Under the pieces are notes generated by a model. It saw only the letters and a list, made by a program, of their open reading frames with translations. It had not been told where the DNA came from and did not search any database. The translations under genes were made by a program, and so were the position numbers. From Trichoplax adhaerens (lineage: Eukaryota > Animalia > Placozoa), in assembly GCF_000150275.1 (NCBI RefSeq), contig NW_002060943.1, positions 8,769,070 to 8,833,069 of the forward strand: a DNA stretch of 64,000 nucleotides. The letters are read 5' to 3'. Below are positions 41,197 to 53,759 of the stretch, piece after piece (position 1 is the stretch's first letter; each line of letters starts with the position of its first letter).

Positions 41197-44100
41197 TTGT
41201 AGATTGAGAGCTAAGATCAATTGATAATGATTCTTCTAGTAAAAATTGATAAATTAGATCCTGTTTGAATAAAGAAAGTTATTTCATTAAAGCTTATATA
41301 TTGTTGTTAAATATCTATATATTATAACGACTTAATTTCAACTTGTTAATTCTAGGTTATATTTAAAGCGAAATAGATTGTATCTATTGATTTATTTAAA
41401 TTTTTGATCACTCAACAACTTCTTATATGTTTAAAATGATATTTCTATAGGCGGAAATTTATTAAAAGTTTGCTTCTGAGACCCCATGATGGTGCCATGA
41501 GGGCGGAAACTTATATCTACTGCCCAAACATTCTACAATCTGTTCATGACATGATTAGATGTAAATTTTTTTGAGAAAAGGTCTAAGAATAGCTAGTTAA
41601 CACACATACGTGGTTTATTTCTTCAACGAGGACTCGAAAAGCGTGTGAAAATTCAATCGTGAAACGTACTAAAATCTAGGGTGATAAACGGATGGATAGC
41701 TTAAAGTGAGGAATGAAGAATAGGAAACTGTTGCCCAATTTAATGAATGATTTAAATTAGCTGCTTTTATTTGATAGCAACCAATTTGCAATATGCTTTA
41801 ATTGATAAAAGTATCATGAATTTATAATAATCATCATTCCATTTCATTGTTACGACGACTATTACAATCATGGGCTAGATTGTATTTCGCTTATACTTAT
41901 AATTAATTAAACAACGTCGGCTAACCAGCTAGGGGTAAAATACAGTAAATCAAAAATTAGTCAAGATCAACAGAGCATATAAAGAACTATTAAAGTATAG
42001 AGTAAGGACACCTAATAGAGCATTGTACTATCTGCATATTTGTGATCTGATGCAACGGTGCTTTTGTCTCTTTCAATTTTTGAACGTGTAGCAGCATGGA
42101 GGAGCATTGTCTGTCAATCTCCACCCCCTTCCTAATAAATATCTGAAGAGCGGCATGCAGAGTGAAGGAGAATTATCGCAGCCTTAAAGATAAATTAATA
42201 GTCCAATACTAGCAGATTTTCATTCATGGCCACTATCAAGTATTTGATAGTCGTGCCAAAAGTAGTTAAACTAAAGGCGTACAAGTATCCAAATTACGCT
42301 ACCGATATATTGCATAGAAGATTAACAGTGTTGCATTTATATCAAATGTATACCTATAAACTGGGCGAAAGACACTTTTACCATATGCTACTATAAAAGC
42401 ACAATTGATACAGGAATCATAGAACTGTACAAATATGAAGTAGAAACGTGTAATTGATTAATTTCAAAGTTCCTTTCATTATTAATGAATTATGTAAGAT
42501 GCTCGAGGTCTAAATTTGATTACTATCAGAACTACATTACAGCTTGATGACTTGTATGTTGCAAAGTAGCCTGTCTACTTTGCCCGTAGTAGAAATGTTA
42601 CGGCAGTTTCCAGAATTAAAAAGTAATTCTAGGTATAATCTTGACTATGAACTGCAACTATAAATTGAATCTAAAATCATTTTAGGTTAAACCGGTATCT
42701 AATTATCTAAATTCAAAGTTATAATAATTATATATAAATTATTATTTTATTCTATATTGAGTTCTGTCTCTGTACATGCATGTGAGTTAATTGCTACGTC
42801 CAACTTACCTTACGCGTACGCCAGGCGAAAATGTTGCTCTACTTTCAAAACCCTGTGCTATTATACCTTAAGATAGTAATTGGGTATGGCTTCAAATCTT
42901 GGAATGATCACTTTAAATCGCGATGATGCATTATATGTGCAGTTTACTATGACCGGCATGTGCTAACATGTGATTAGCATAGTAAAATATGATGATGTTG
43001 TAAAGACTAAGCAAATTTATGAAGTTCCTATATGATATTATCATCTTTAACTGCCCATGACAATGCAAAATTTAAAATTTGCATCTCATTATAAATGCTA
43101 TTCTTTGTCAAACAATGCTCGTAGTACATGCCATTAGTGCCTTCTTTTTATTGATGAGGGTTATTGGAGCTTTCCTCCTAGAACTCTGTTCAGGTGATCA
43201 TAATTCTGTGTCTAACAGAGATTCTACCGATAAAACGTGACAAACTCGACTTTGCTAACTATGAATCACCATATTAATTCTTGTTATTGATTCCTATAAA
43301 ACTCCTCACTTTTCTGTGTTAATATTTGCACGGAAGTTGTTATATATTTGAGAGAAATGCAGCAACGAGTAGGCAATGCCTTCGCACAATAAGAGCATAT
43401 CAAAAAAATATAATATCAACTACAATACGCTATAGACGTAACCAGATAGATTTTATGCATGCAAAACATCTCAACTTTCGATCGAGAATGCCAACTAATG
43501 ACAGTATGGTGTTGATTTTATTTCCCGTTCCGTCATATATAGTATGCCCTCTGACCACTAGCAACAACAGTACATTCTTAAGGGATGAGATGACTGGAAA
43601 ATCATGAAGAAAAAGTAATCCTTCACTTGCAATACAATTTCCACTAATTTTGCATTATCATGTTCTCATATGCCATCTATTACAGTCATTAATATTAAAC
43701 AGAACAAGATTTACTAAAGCCAGTTTTATTGAATTCTGTATTGATACAATAGCTTGTCTTAAGTCCAACAACGACCCAATTTATTTATTTAATCTAGACA
43801 AATTTAGTAAATAAGTTGATACGCAATCAAAATTTTATTTACAGTACAGTTAGTAAAATGAATAAATAAGGTTGAAGAATCCAGTATGATACCGGAATTT
43901 AATCTTACAAACCCGTAACTTTGTCTTCATACCGACTAAACTATAGTCATCGAAATAGAATTGCAATGGCTAATGCAAGTGTTTACTTATTTAGGCCATC
44001 AACTACCTTGGAATCCTTTCTGACTTTAGGTTGGGATCTACAGTATTAAATAGACTAAGTATATATATGACATATACATTTCAAAAAGGGGTCCTGACAA

Positions 44101-45992
44101 CTAAAAAGCTGGAAGCTACTGTGCTATATTATACATTTAGATTGAGGATCATTTTATTATTGCCATTCATCATTTGACCTTTGGACGAGTAGTAGTAATA
44201 TAAAAGATAAGATATTGCATGTGCAACAGTTCACAATAGCCTTGAGGCCTTAACTTAACAATTATGGCACCATTTACAACATCGTCAGTCTTAATTTACC
44301 CTTTTAGATTCTACAGTAAAAATATCGTTATACAATAAAATTGATAATTTTTAAGGGATACTAACTAATTTTCGTTGAAAAGACTTGAAAATTTATTTGT
44401 TAACCTAAGCATAGCTTCTATTTGATACTACAGTGATAGATGGCAATATTTTATTCATGCATACGTAACATGTACATTTTTATGTACTATAGAAGGTCTA
44501 TCATTATAATCTATTGCTTACCAGTCATAGAAGTTTTAATATTGTAGCAACTATATGTATATCTTAAGGTTTACAAAGATTAAAGCATTTACTACTTTTG
44601 TGCAGTATCTTCATTTCCAGTACCGGTACTTCTTGCAAATCACAATTTACAAGGGCAATTTGACACTACCGATAATTAGCTATTACTTATTTAAAAATTA
44701 AGAGCAATGCGATTACTGTCTGACGGATTCTTTACTTAAACGTAATCCTTTGATTCAATGCATGCAAGCCATGTTTTTATTAATTACCACAGTTACCGCA
44801 CCCTATCGTTTCTATTGACATAAACGTTTAGTAATGCTGTAGAATCCATAAGTACAATATACAATATTCATGACAATAAGTTAACAGGTTGCAAGATTAA
44901 GGCGATATCCCTGTAGAGTAGAGTGCAACAGTTCCATTTTGTACTCAGTTGTTTCGCTTTATATGGTTCCTTTACTACAGCGTATTATTCATTATTGTTG
45001 TTTGAAAAGACTTACTGGTAGAATTTCAAGAAATAATTAATTTTTGATATATTCTAACGGCGAAAAGTTATTATTCGGTAAATCGTTACTCTCAGTGAGT
45101 AAATGCAGTTTCAAAAGTTTTGTTGACTTTGACGAAACACTGTACTTTATCTAGTTAACTGTCACCAGTATATTTACATAACAGTGTGGATATCAGTTAT
45201 GTAGTTGTCTATGTAGTATAGATACGCTGTGTATCATACTTATATGCCTATATTTCATTTGCTAGGATTATTATAGAATGTACTAAAGAGTGGGTATCAG
45301 ATTGATCAATCGCAAAATAATCTATGGATAAAATTCTTGAAGACAAATTATTGTAATACATAAAACTACGATAATATCGGCTACTCTGGGCTGACAGCAA
45401 TAAAGATTTCGAATACTTAAACTCTGTAAGAGTATTAAAGCTGCATTTAGTAAGAGTGTATAATAGCTAAATATTAAATTTATTTCATTCAGAATTTAAA
45501 GGAGTACAGTGAAACAGATCAAGCACATAGCAATATAATTTTTACATCCATTGAATTCGAAAAATTCTAGAAGCCTTGGCCACTTCTGCGCTATCAGCAA
45601 AGTCTGGCAAGATTTGATATTTAAAACCATCCAGTTTGTTTTTTCTAACATGAAACTTATATATTTACAGTCTAAACAATCAGTAAGCTATATATATAAG
45701 AAACATATAAAACTGCCTATAAGGATTCAAGATAGACAAGTTATACTACACCATTGAAGGAAGATAAATAGATCAATGCGATAAATGTACAGCATAGTAT
45801 TTAAACAATTGACCAAATGCGGTCAAGTCGTTTGCGATTTCTACAGTATTAAGTAAAAAGCTGGGATTGAAATAAAGCATCTTTAATAATACTGCAAGAG
45901 GGATAATTTATGTTTAACATTTGATAATGTACTTCTGTATGAAAATCCCGACAAATAACGACTTACGGAAGAATTGATACAGGTGACATATA

Positions 45993-47743
45993 CTATGAGT
46001 CTTTCGAACCTTTCTTTTTACTCGATTTTTTCAGATTATGATAATTTGGAAGAATTTTAATTAAAAACCCCAGCTGGTCATCTTGTTTCTAATGAGTTTG
46101 AGGTTATTATTATACGATCATTGATTGGGTAACACGTCTTATGGAATATGAAATCAGGTCTGATAACACAAAATAGTCGAAACTTACTGAAGGCGTCTCG
46201 TTATGTTGTTTTTGATGACATTCATCACCATATACTATCGTATTCTCAGGTATTGTTTCATTGGCACTTAGTTGACAGTGAGCTCCAATTATGCAGTTGT
46301 TTGTAATTTTCGTATCTCTACCAACGATAGCTATGATGATTATGCAAAGACGAAGTAGGAATACAATTATGAAAGAATATTGTCTGCCTTTTACATCATA
46401 ACATTGACTATTGAACAGTTTAATATACAGATTGGTTGGCTAAATATTGGCAAAGAAAAATGTTAGTATTTATAAGCGGTAAGCTGTTTGATTATATGTA
46501 ATCAAGGAATTGGTCCCACTTGGAATGAAATGCTAGTACTGAATATATATTTGTTGAGTTATACCTTTGGCTTCGAATGTGTTGCTATTACCAATCTGCT
46601 TAGATTCAATTCCTGTATAATAAAAGGGTGGTTAAGGGTATAAAAGTATCTAAATCACTGCCTTTAAATCGCCTATCACATCGCTTGATACCATTGACTA
46701 GCAATGAAGCAGTTTTACATACAGTACAGACTATAATCAATTACAGTATGTTCAAAGGATACGACATCCAACTTCGAAAACATTGTAGTCTCCGATATGC
46801 ATGGGAACTGGTTCCGGTTTGTCTTTATCCTTCTTTTTTTTTTCATCTTCGGTTAAAAAACTGCAACATACGAGTACGTATAAGCACGAATTTCATAAAC
46901 AACCCTACGATATATAGGAGTAGGAGTAGCTAATGTACAGTATTTCCTGCATAGTCTATCCAAAACTAACCTATTGTGAATATAAGCTTGCTCTTCAATA
47001 ATATTGTTTTCTCCTATATGGATGGGTCCAGCTTTGGCCATAATAAAAGCTCTAGGGTGAACAACCGTGTTGGCACCTAATAAAAAAAAAGAAGCTAGTA
47101 CACTTTACCGTTGACAACTTTGTTATTTCGAATATCGTATGATTGGAAAATTGGCTGCCATGATGGGCACTACCGTCTTGAAGTGTATATCCGAGGGACA
47201 TACTAGTACGCTATGCTTGTATCAAGGTAAAGGATTATCTCATTTCTACATCATTCCGTAATAAGAGAAATTTCGATATCATTTTATGTCTATCATAGGA
47301 TGGCTTACCGATATAGATCTCTCCTTTTAGTTCAGCTTGCTGGCAGACTATTGCACCAGGGGCAATTTTGATTCTTTCATTGACAAAATTATAATAATCA
47401 ATAAGGATACAAGACGTTCGTTGTCTACCGATGTAATCCAAACGGCTAAAAGAAGCCGTAAAACTAGTTTTAAGGTATATGTGAGCTATACAGTGAAATT
47501 GAGTAGCTTGATATCATTGAACTATTGTCACCAACATCAATCCATGATCAAAAATACTCGTATGATGGCATTATCATGTCTGCTGCAGACAGTCAAGATT
47601 TGCCCTTTGCCATGCCATATATAGCTTAATGAAGAGGTACAGTAATTTGTGCGTGTAACATCGATCCTATTTATAAATTCAATAGCGAGGTAGAATCAAG
47701 TGCATAGGGAGATCATTTCGCCTTACTGTGATCTTGAAGACAT
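45993..47743 (-). CDS. DCTN6: Dynactin subunit 6 (p27), 190 aa
   Basis: Exons (minus strand): 47727-47743 (MSSRSQ), 47309-47373, 46971-47076, 46763-46860, 46565-46612, 46188-46330, 45993-46088. Total 573 nt. Left-handed beta-helix motifs [62 protein letters not shown]. Confidence 0.93.
46613..46762 (-). other. U12-type (minor spliceosome) GT-AG intron in DCTN6
   Basis: 5' splice site GTATCCTTT, branch site ACCCTTAAC (46631-46639) about 20 nt before the CAG 3' splice site; the flanking exons join in frame. Confidence 0.88.
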
Positions 47744-47929
47744 CCTTGACTTTAAAGCATTAGCAGCCTGTTTGGTAGTGAAATGAAGTCTAGTCGTCCG
47801 GTGATGGATTAATGAATAATAATAAAGGAAAATTAACGCTATGCCACTCTAATAAATTCCCTAATTAATAATGATGTGGAAAAGCGTTATGGCTAAGCAA
47901 TGCTGGTGTTGGAGGTCCGGTCTTGACTA

Positions 47930-48727
47930 GATACAGTACCGTACTGAGTCGACTCCACTGTTGTGTACAGTACTGTACTGTAGGGGCGGAATGCCATGTC
48001 CAAATCGACGTCTACTGTAGCAAACAGACAGACGGATGTACGTATTTTGTTGACATACCGGAAATGGTTAATACGGTCAATAGGGGCTTTTTCAACGCCA
48101 ATGTTTTCTTCCATAATTTCTTGCCGCGCTTGGCTGTCTGTAGTACAAGGTCATAACAACATCCATTTCTTTTCTGCAAATTGACCGCAGTTACAAAGCA
48201 GCCATTGTCTTTTTCTGCGCCGTTTAGTCTCTCCTCTTTGATTCTCTACCGCCATAGTCGTGATTTTCTTCTACTCAAAACATAGTCAAAAGTCGTACTG
48301 TGCGTAGGTTTTCCAGTCGGCATGACTCATACAGTACTGTCTACTGTAAACAAGCGAGTACAGTACATTGTACTGTGGCTGAAGAGGTCCGAGATCGGTC
48401 CATACCGGACTTGACTGCGCTACAGTGTACAGTGTACAGTATGCTGTACTGTAAGTTGGATTGAGGGTGTTTACCAGTACTGTAGTTGAGCACGCTTGCC
48501 ATTGCTTGTTAACTATAGATCATAAAGGTACTGAACCGAACCGGACCGGACTCAGGTCTAGTTGGAAGATTATCAATTGGGCTGGGCAGGGAGAAAGCAA
48601 CAGCCCGCTGGCTTACTTTACCTACTTCTACTCGTATACGAAAAGCATTCTTGATTGGAAGGGTAGAATTCATTAAATTGGAAAAAATTATTCCTCCTTG
48701 TCATCTTCCTGTGCACATTGGTTGCCA
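47930..48727. promoter_or_regulatory. Probable bidirectional promoter and 5' UTR region between DCTN6 (-) and ADAM10-like (+)
   Basis: Head-to-head ATGs ~1 kb apart (47743 / 48728), locally higher GC and CpG, and a dense cluster of TACAGT/ACTGTA motifs. Confidence 0.6.
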
Positions 48728-51700
48728 ATGATGGAGAGCAAGCCGATAATTTTCATTTTAGCTATCGTTTGTATTGGATTTTCCCAAGGTAATGTTCACT
48801 TGCACCATTTCATCTTGTCTGGTTGACGCTGGTATCAACGCTAATTAGAATTCTAATCGTTGAGGAACGAATCGAATGAATGTTGTTATTACACCATAAT
48901 CAGCAATTGTCAATCGGGATGATAGCTATCACAGTAATAGTTATCCATGTACAGGCGAAACCAACATCAATTAGTCATGAGATATTTTCTTAACTGATCT
49001 GAATACCATGGTGACCAAAAGAATCGAAAGGGGCTAAATATGGGCCTTCTCCTTTGACAACCCCCCTCTTTCCACACGAATACGACGTGATATTGATCGT
49101 CCCGATTCATGAATTCAATATGAATACTTATCGTCTGCAAGAGTCGAAAATCCCCCTCGCTCATCGTACTTCTTCTGCTTGTTGACTGAGTAGAGAGTAT
49201 TTCACAGTATTCGTACTTTTAGACGTATAATTTGGATAGGTTACTATGCGTACGTAAACGCTAATAGCGCATGGGCGTGCACTGCAATTACTTAGCAGAT
49301 AGATCCATCTTTGTTGCAATATGAACTTCTATCCTATTGCTCTACCCTGAAAGGATGCTATCGATCTGTTAGAGTACAATCATTTTTCCCTTTGATTGAA
49401 TTCGAACGTGATAGAAACCTCTCAATAATGCCATCATCATATCTTACCATTGCCTACCCTGAAAGGATGCTATCGATCTTTTAGTGTACAATCATTTTTT
49501 CCTACGATTGAATTCGAACGTGATATAAACCTCTCAATAATGCCATCATCATTTCTTACCATTGCCTACCCTGAAAGGATGCTATCGATCTTTTAGTGTA
49601 CAATAATTCAAACGTGATATAAACCTCTCAATAATGTCATCATCATTTCTTACCATTGCCTTTGATTTTACGTACATTCATTCGCAATCGGAGGGTTAGT
49701 GGCATGATGACTTGCAGTGTTTGTTTATTCGTAACGCCTGATCCTAATTGCTTAACGAATTGATGCAGAAAGTAATGTTGTAAGACAAAGAAATAACTTG
49801 TGTAAAAAACCTGATCTAAATCATCGACTTCATGCTGTATATTGGGTGTCGCCGCGACCATCCATATCATTTTTACCCAGAAATTGTTGAGGCTTCAACT
49901 CCTATTTATACAGTATAGTATAAACTGTAGTGGTTCTATTTTTATTGGTAGCCGCTGAGGCTTGAACTGAACATAGGAATAGCAAGATTTCTCATACAGT
50001 AAATAATAAATAAATAATATCCTGAAGTGAAATGAATCAGTTTATATAAAAACCTCACGTCATCATCAGAAATTACCCAGGAGAGAAAGAAGTTACTGTA
50101 TTGTTGGCTGCTTTAACCTAGAGTGATACATTAACAGATTGATATGTTGTAACTGGAATCATGTGTACTTGTAACATTGAATATACTACAGTAATAATTT
50201 TTTTTACATTTTGTAGGTTTCCAATCTTTGAGTAAACATATCGGCCGCTATGAAACGCTAGTTTATGACAACGAAGAAATTAATAGACGTCACCAAGAAG
50301 TAAAAAAACATAACGTTAAAATGGCGTTATCGCTAGCGTTCACCGCTTACAAACGGTAATTTAATAGCTAGTTGTTTAAAATTGATTCTGTTCTTAAGAT
50401 TCAGCGATTGCACGTTAAATAGAGGTTTTATTTCATTAACTGAATCAGCTTTGTAGTTTAGATGGTCTGATCGTTGTTATTATCTACCGTATTTATTCTC
50501 TATATATCTGCTGCTCAGTACCGACTGAATTGATAACTTACTAAGCTATTTCTAACTGTGGCAGGCATTTCCATCTTCATCTTGTGAGGGATACAGAAAC
50601 TTTCACGCCTGATTTCACTGCTGTTGATGAAACACATCAAAGAATTGATTATGACTTAGCCAAGGTATATCGAGGATACTTAAAGGGTAAGTTAAAATAA
50701 GCTTACGTATATTATTGGTTTCGCCGTTATTTGTTATGTTTGTTTGAAATCGCATTAATGATAATCCCAATTTTCACGGGGATGACTACTAGTTTTATTT
50801 TGTACTATAAAGACTATACTGTATGTATTACGTAGTCTGATCTAGAAGGGAATTAACTGCTCATGTACTGCATGTGCAAGCGGTAGCAATGGCTACTGCA
50901 TTTCCTTAGAGTGTGTCATTTTTGTTATATTGGTATTTGGTATTACAGTATAAAACATCAGATAATAATGAATAAATCTCAGGGTATACATTGTAACATA
51001 TTTTGTTCGTAGGTGAAAAGAATTCTGCTGTATACGGAGTTCTAAATAATGGCGTTTTTTATGGCAAAATCTACCACAATGACGAAGAATATTATCTTGA
51101 TCCTGCTGAACATTACTTTAAGAAAGTGCCTTTCCATTCAGTTATATACAAGGGAAGCGACATACACTATAAGCATCAGTAAGTTTTTCATCGACGTTTT
51201 ACAGTATAAAATATTCTTTTGAAGAATTACAGTTACTAACCATGTTTTTCATTTCGACTCGCCTAACAACTAAACAGAGGTGGAAATGCCACATGTGGGC
51301 ATAATAATTGGCGCTTAGTTCATCCGGATTATCAATTATGGCATCATGGCATCATGTCTAAAAGTAGCAGAACTGAGTCCATTTCAGCATCATCCGCTAA
51401 TAGGAAGAAACGAAATGTGCTCAATTCTAATGCAGATTCTTGTCAAATTCAAATGGATGCCGATCCTTACTTTACGCAACAATATGGAGGGAGAATACAA
51501 GCTGTTGATAGATTGGTACTGCATGCTCAGGTATTAAATAACCGTGAAATGAATTTCACATGTAAATATTTTGCGTCTGTGCAATTTATGACTGTTCTGC
51601 ATAGGTAAATAAGACTTTTCACTTGCATTAGGCTGCAGATTTAATGTATAGAAGAACAGATCTTGACGGTGACGGGGTGACTGATAATGCAAGGATTAAA

Positions 51701-53759
51701 GTCAAGAAAATGCGAATATATACGACTGTCGATAAAAACAATGTCTTGCACAATAATAATCTTGGAGTCAATGCTTTGTTAAGTATGTATAAAGTTATTT
51801 TATTCAAGAGTAATTATAATTTATTTATGCTTACAGTTACGACCTAAAATTTGAAAAAGTTTCTTTCCTAATACAGTAGTCGCTATTATTATTGCGCACT
51901 TTACTATGCTGCTTGTTAAGCCAATTTTTTTTTTTGTATTTCAGAGCTCTACTCGCAAAATAATTACAATGAATTCTGTACCAGCTTTCTATTTACCTAT
52001 CGCACTTTCCAAAATGGAGTACTAGGATTGGCCTATATTGGGTCAATTTGTAATATCTACGCTTTTACTGCCGCCAATACCCAACAAAGCACAAATTGTG
52101 GATTAGTAACAACACAAAATTCTGGTGAAGCAGTTCCACTTCGTGCTTCTGAAGTTACTTTCGCTCATGAATTGGGACATAATTTCGGTGCCCAGGTACG
52201 GAACTTGAAATGGAGAGATCCTACAAATTTTCTATTGATAGCAAGCTAGTAATTAGTTTGCTATCATGGTATAACACAGATCCAACTATAACTAGTACAA
52301 CGACAACATAACGTTGTAATAAATGTTCGATTATACCCGTTTATTGCATTCCTAACTTCTACATTGTATTATTAACTACAGCTGCTTTTAGTGCTATAAA
52401 AATCTTATTGTGTGAATTTTTCTTTAGCATGATAACACCTATACAACCCAAAAATCATGCTATCCTGGTGGTCTGGATGGAAACTATATTATGTATGCAT
52501 ATGCTACTACTGGTAACTTAAAGAATAACAACTTTTTTTCCAGCTGTAGCAGAACTGCCATGACTAATGTTTTACGTGTAAAGGCTGCCTCATGTTTCAA
52601 GGGTTAGTATAATGGTTTTTTTGTACTTTATAATTTTAGTTTACATTGCACTTTAACGAAGCGATATAATCACACCGTATCAGTCAGACTCGTACAATTG
52701 TACGTGGATATTTGTATGTATTCCTAAAAATATTTTTACTATGCAGCTAGTACTGCGTCAATTTGCGGTAATGGCATTGTTGAAACTGGCGAAGATTGCG
52801 ACTGTGGTGCTCACTGTGATATTGACAAATGCTGTAACCCGGCTGGTAGTACAAATCAATGCAAATACGCAACTAACGCTCAGTGCAGGTTAGTAAACCT
52901 ATTTTGAATATTGACATTACTCTACTAAAGTTGTAATCTTTACGCTGACATGCTGTTAATTTTAATAGCATCTCCAACGGTCCGTGCTGTAACAATGCTA
53001 CTTGTCAAATTAGACCTGCGTCTGACAGTTTCGTTTGCCGTACTGAAACAGACTGCGCTAGCATCTCTCGTTGCAGTGGATCTGTAAACTGTCCTGCTCC
53101 AACAAATAAACCAGATAGAACTAGATGTAACAAAAATCAAAAGCTCTGTTCCAATGGGGTAAGAAATTGTTTATGCATCCATGACAAATACCACTTTTTA
53201 GAATGGTATTTGTCGCGATTAAATAAATTGTAATTTATAATTGTTATTACTCCTCTTGTTATTGTAGGAGTGCACTTTATCTCTTTGTGAGTTGCAAAAC
53301 ATGGCAGAATGTAAATGCTCTAGTTCAAGTGAAGCGTGTCATCTCTGTTGTCAATCGAAATCTGGTGGAACTTGCATATCCACTTATACAATGACTACTC
53401 TTTTCAATAAAACTAATGTCCCGCCTGGTACCTCTTGTGCTAATATGACTGGATACTGTGACATCTTTAGCAATTGCCGGCAAGTCAACGAAGCTGGACC
53501 TCTATCTACGTTATTGAATATAACAACTCAACAAGTTTTGGATTGGGCTGCAAGGAATTGGTGGATTATATTATTAGTTTGCTGTTCGGTAGTGCTCGGT
53601 TTTGCGATATTTATTCGCTTTGTAGCACCATTGATACCATCTGATAACCCAGGACGCATAGAACCTATTGCATGCGGCTGCTGTGGCTGCAGTAATCAGA
53701 GAAAGAAAAAGAATCCAGTGGCAATAGCTGACGACAACATTAATGACCAAAGAGTATAA
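48728..53759 (+). CDS. ADAM10: ADAM10/Kuzbanian-like disintegrin metalloprotease (~713 aa)
   Basis: Exons: 48728-48788 (signal peptide), 50217-50355, 50565-50686, 51013-51178, 51278-51530, 51632-51782, 51945-52195, 52428-52602, 52747-52888, 52969-53158, 53268-53759. Total 2142 nt in frame. Prodomain LSKHIGRYETLVY, FHSVIY, TCG; furin site RKKR; FTYRTFQNGVLGLAY; zinc motif HELGHNFGAQHD; Met-turn GNYIMY; disintegrin CGNGIVETGEDCDCG; GYCDIFSNCRQVNEAGPL; TM; IPSDNP. Orthology versus a paralog of ADAM10 was not tested. Confidence 0.9.
49342..49659. repeat. 112-bp tandem repeat, about three units, in ADAM10 intron 1
   Basis: Units start with CTACCCTGAAAGGATGCTATCGATCT at 49342, 49454 and 49566; the third unit has an ~18-bp internal deletion. 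Confidence 0.9.

Noticed and set aside
47374-47410. Second U12-like donor GTATCCTTA on the minus strand in DCTN6
   Set aside because: It would define a 37-nt intron with no ATG-containing upstream exon; the GTAAGG donor at 47726 gives a coherent start.
48151-48153. In-frame TGA between ATG 48255 and ATG 48114 as a selenocysteine or read-through codon
   Set aside because: No homology supporting a continuous protein and no SECIS identified; better explained as 5' UTR uORFs.
48967-49164. ORF with YHVVFVWK...RRRPIF, superficially like an IS200/HUH transposase N-terminus
   Set aside because: Only 65 aa, with no HUH motif or catalytic Tyr segment; likely chance.
49342-49659. CRISPR-like array
   Set aside because: Contiguous tandem units without unique spacers, in a eukaryotic intron with no cas genes.
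49701-49815. ATGATGA ... CTGA, a possible intronic C/D snoRNA
   Set aside because: Box spacing is atypical, and I could not recognise an rRNA-complementary guide or convincing terminal stem.
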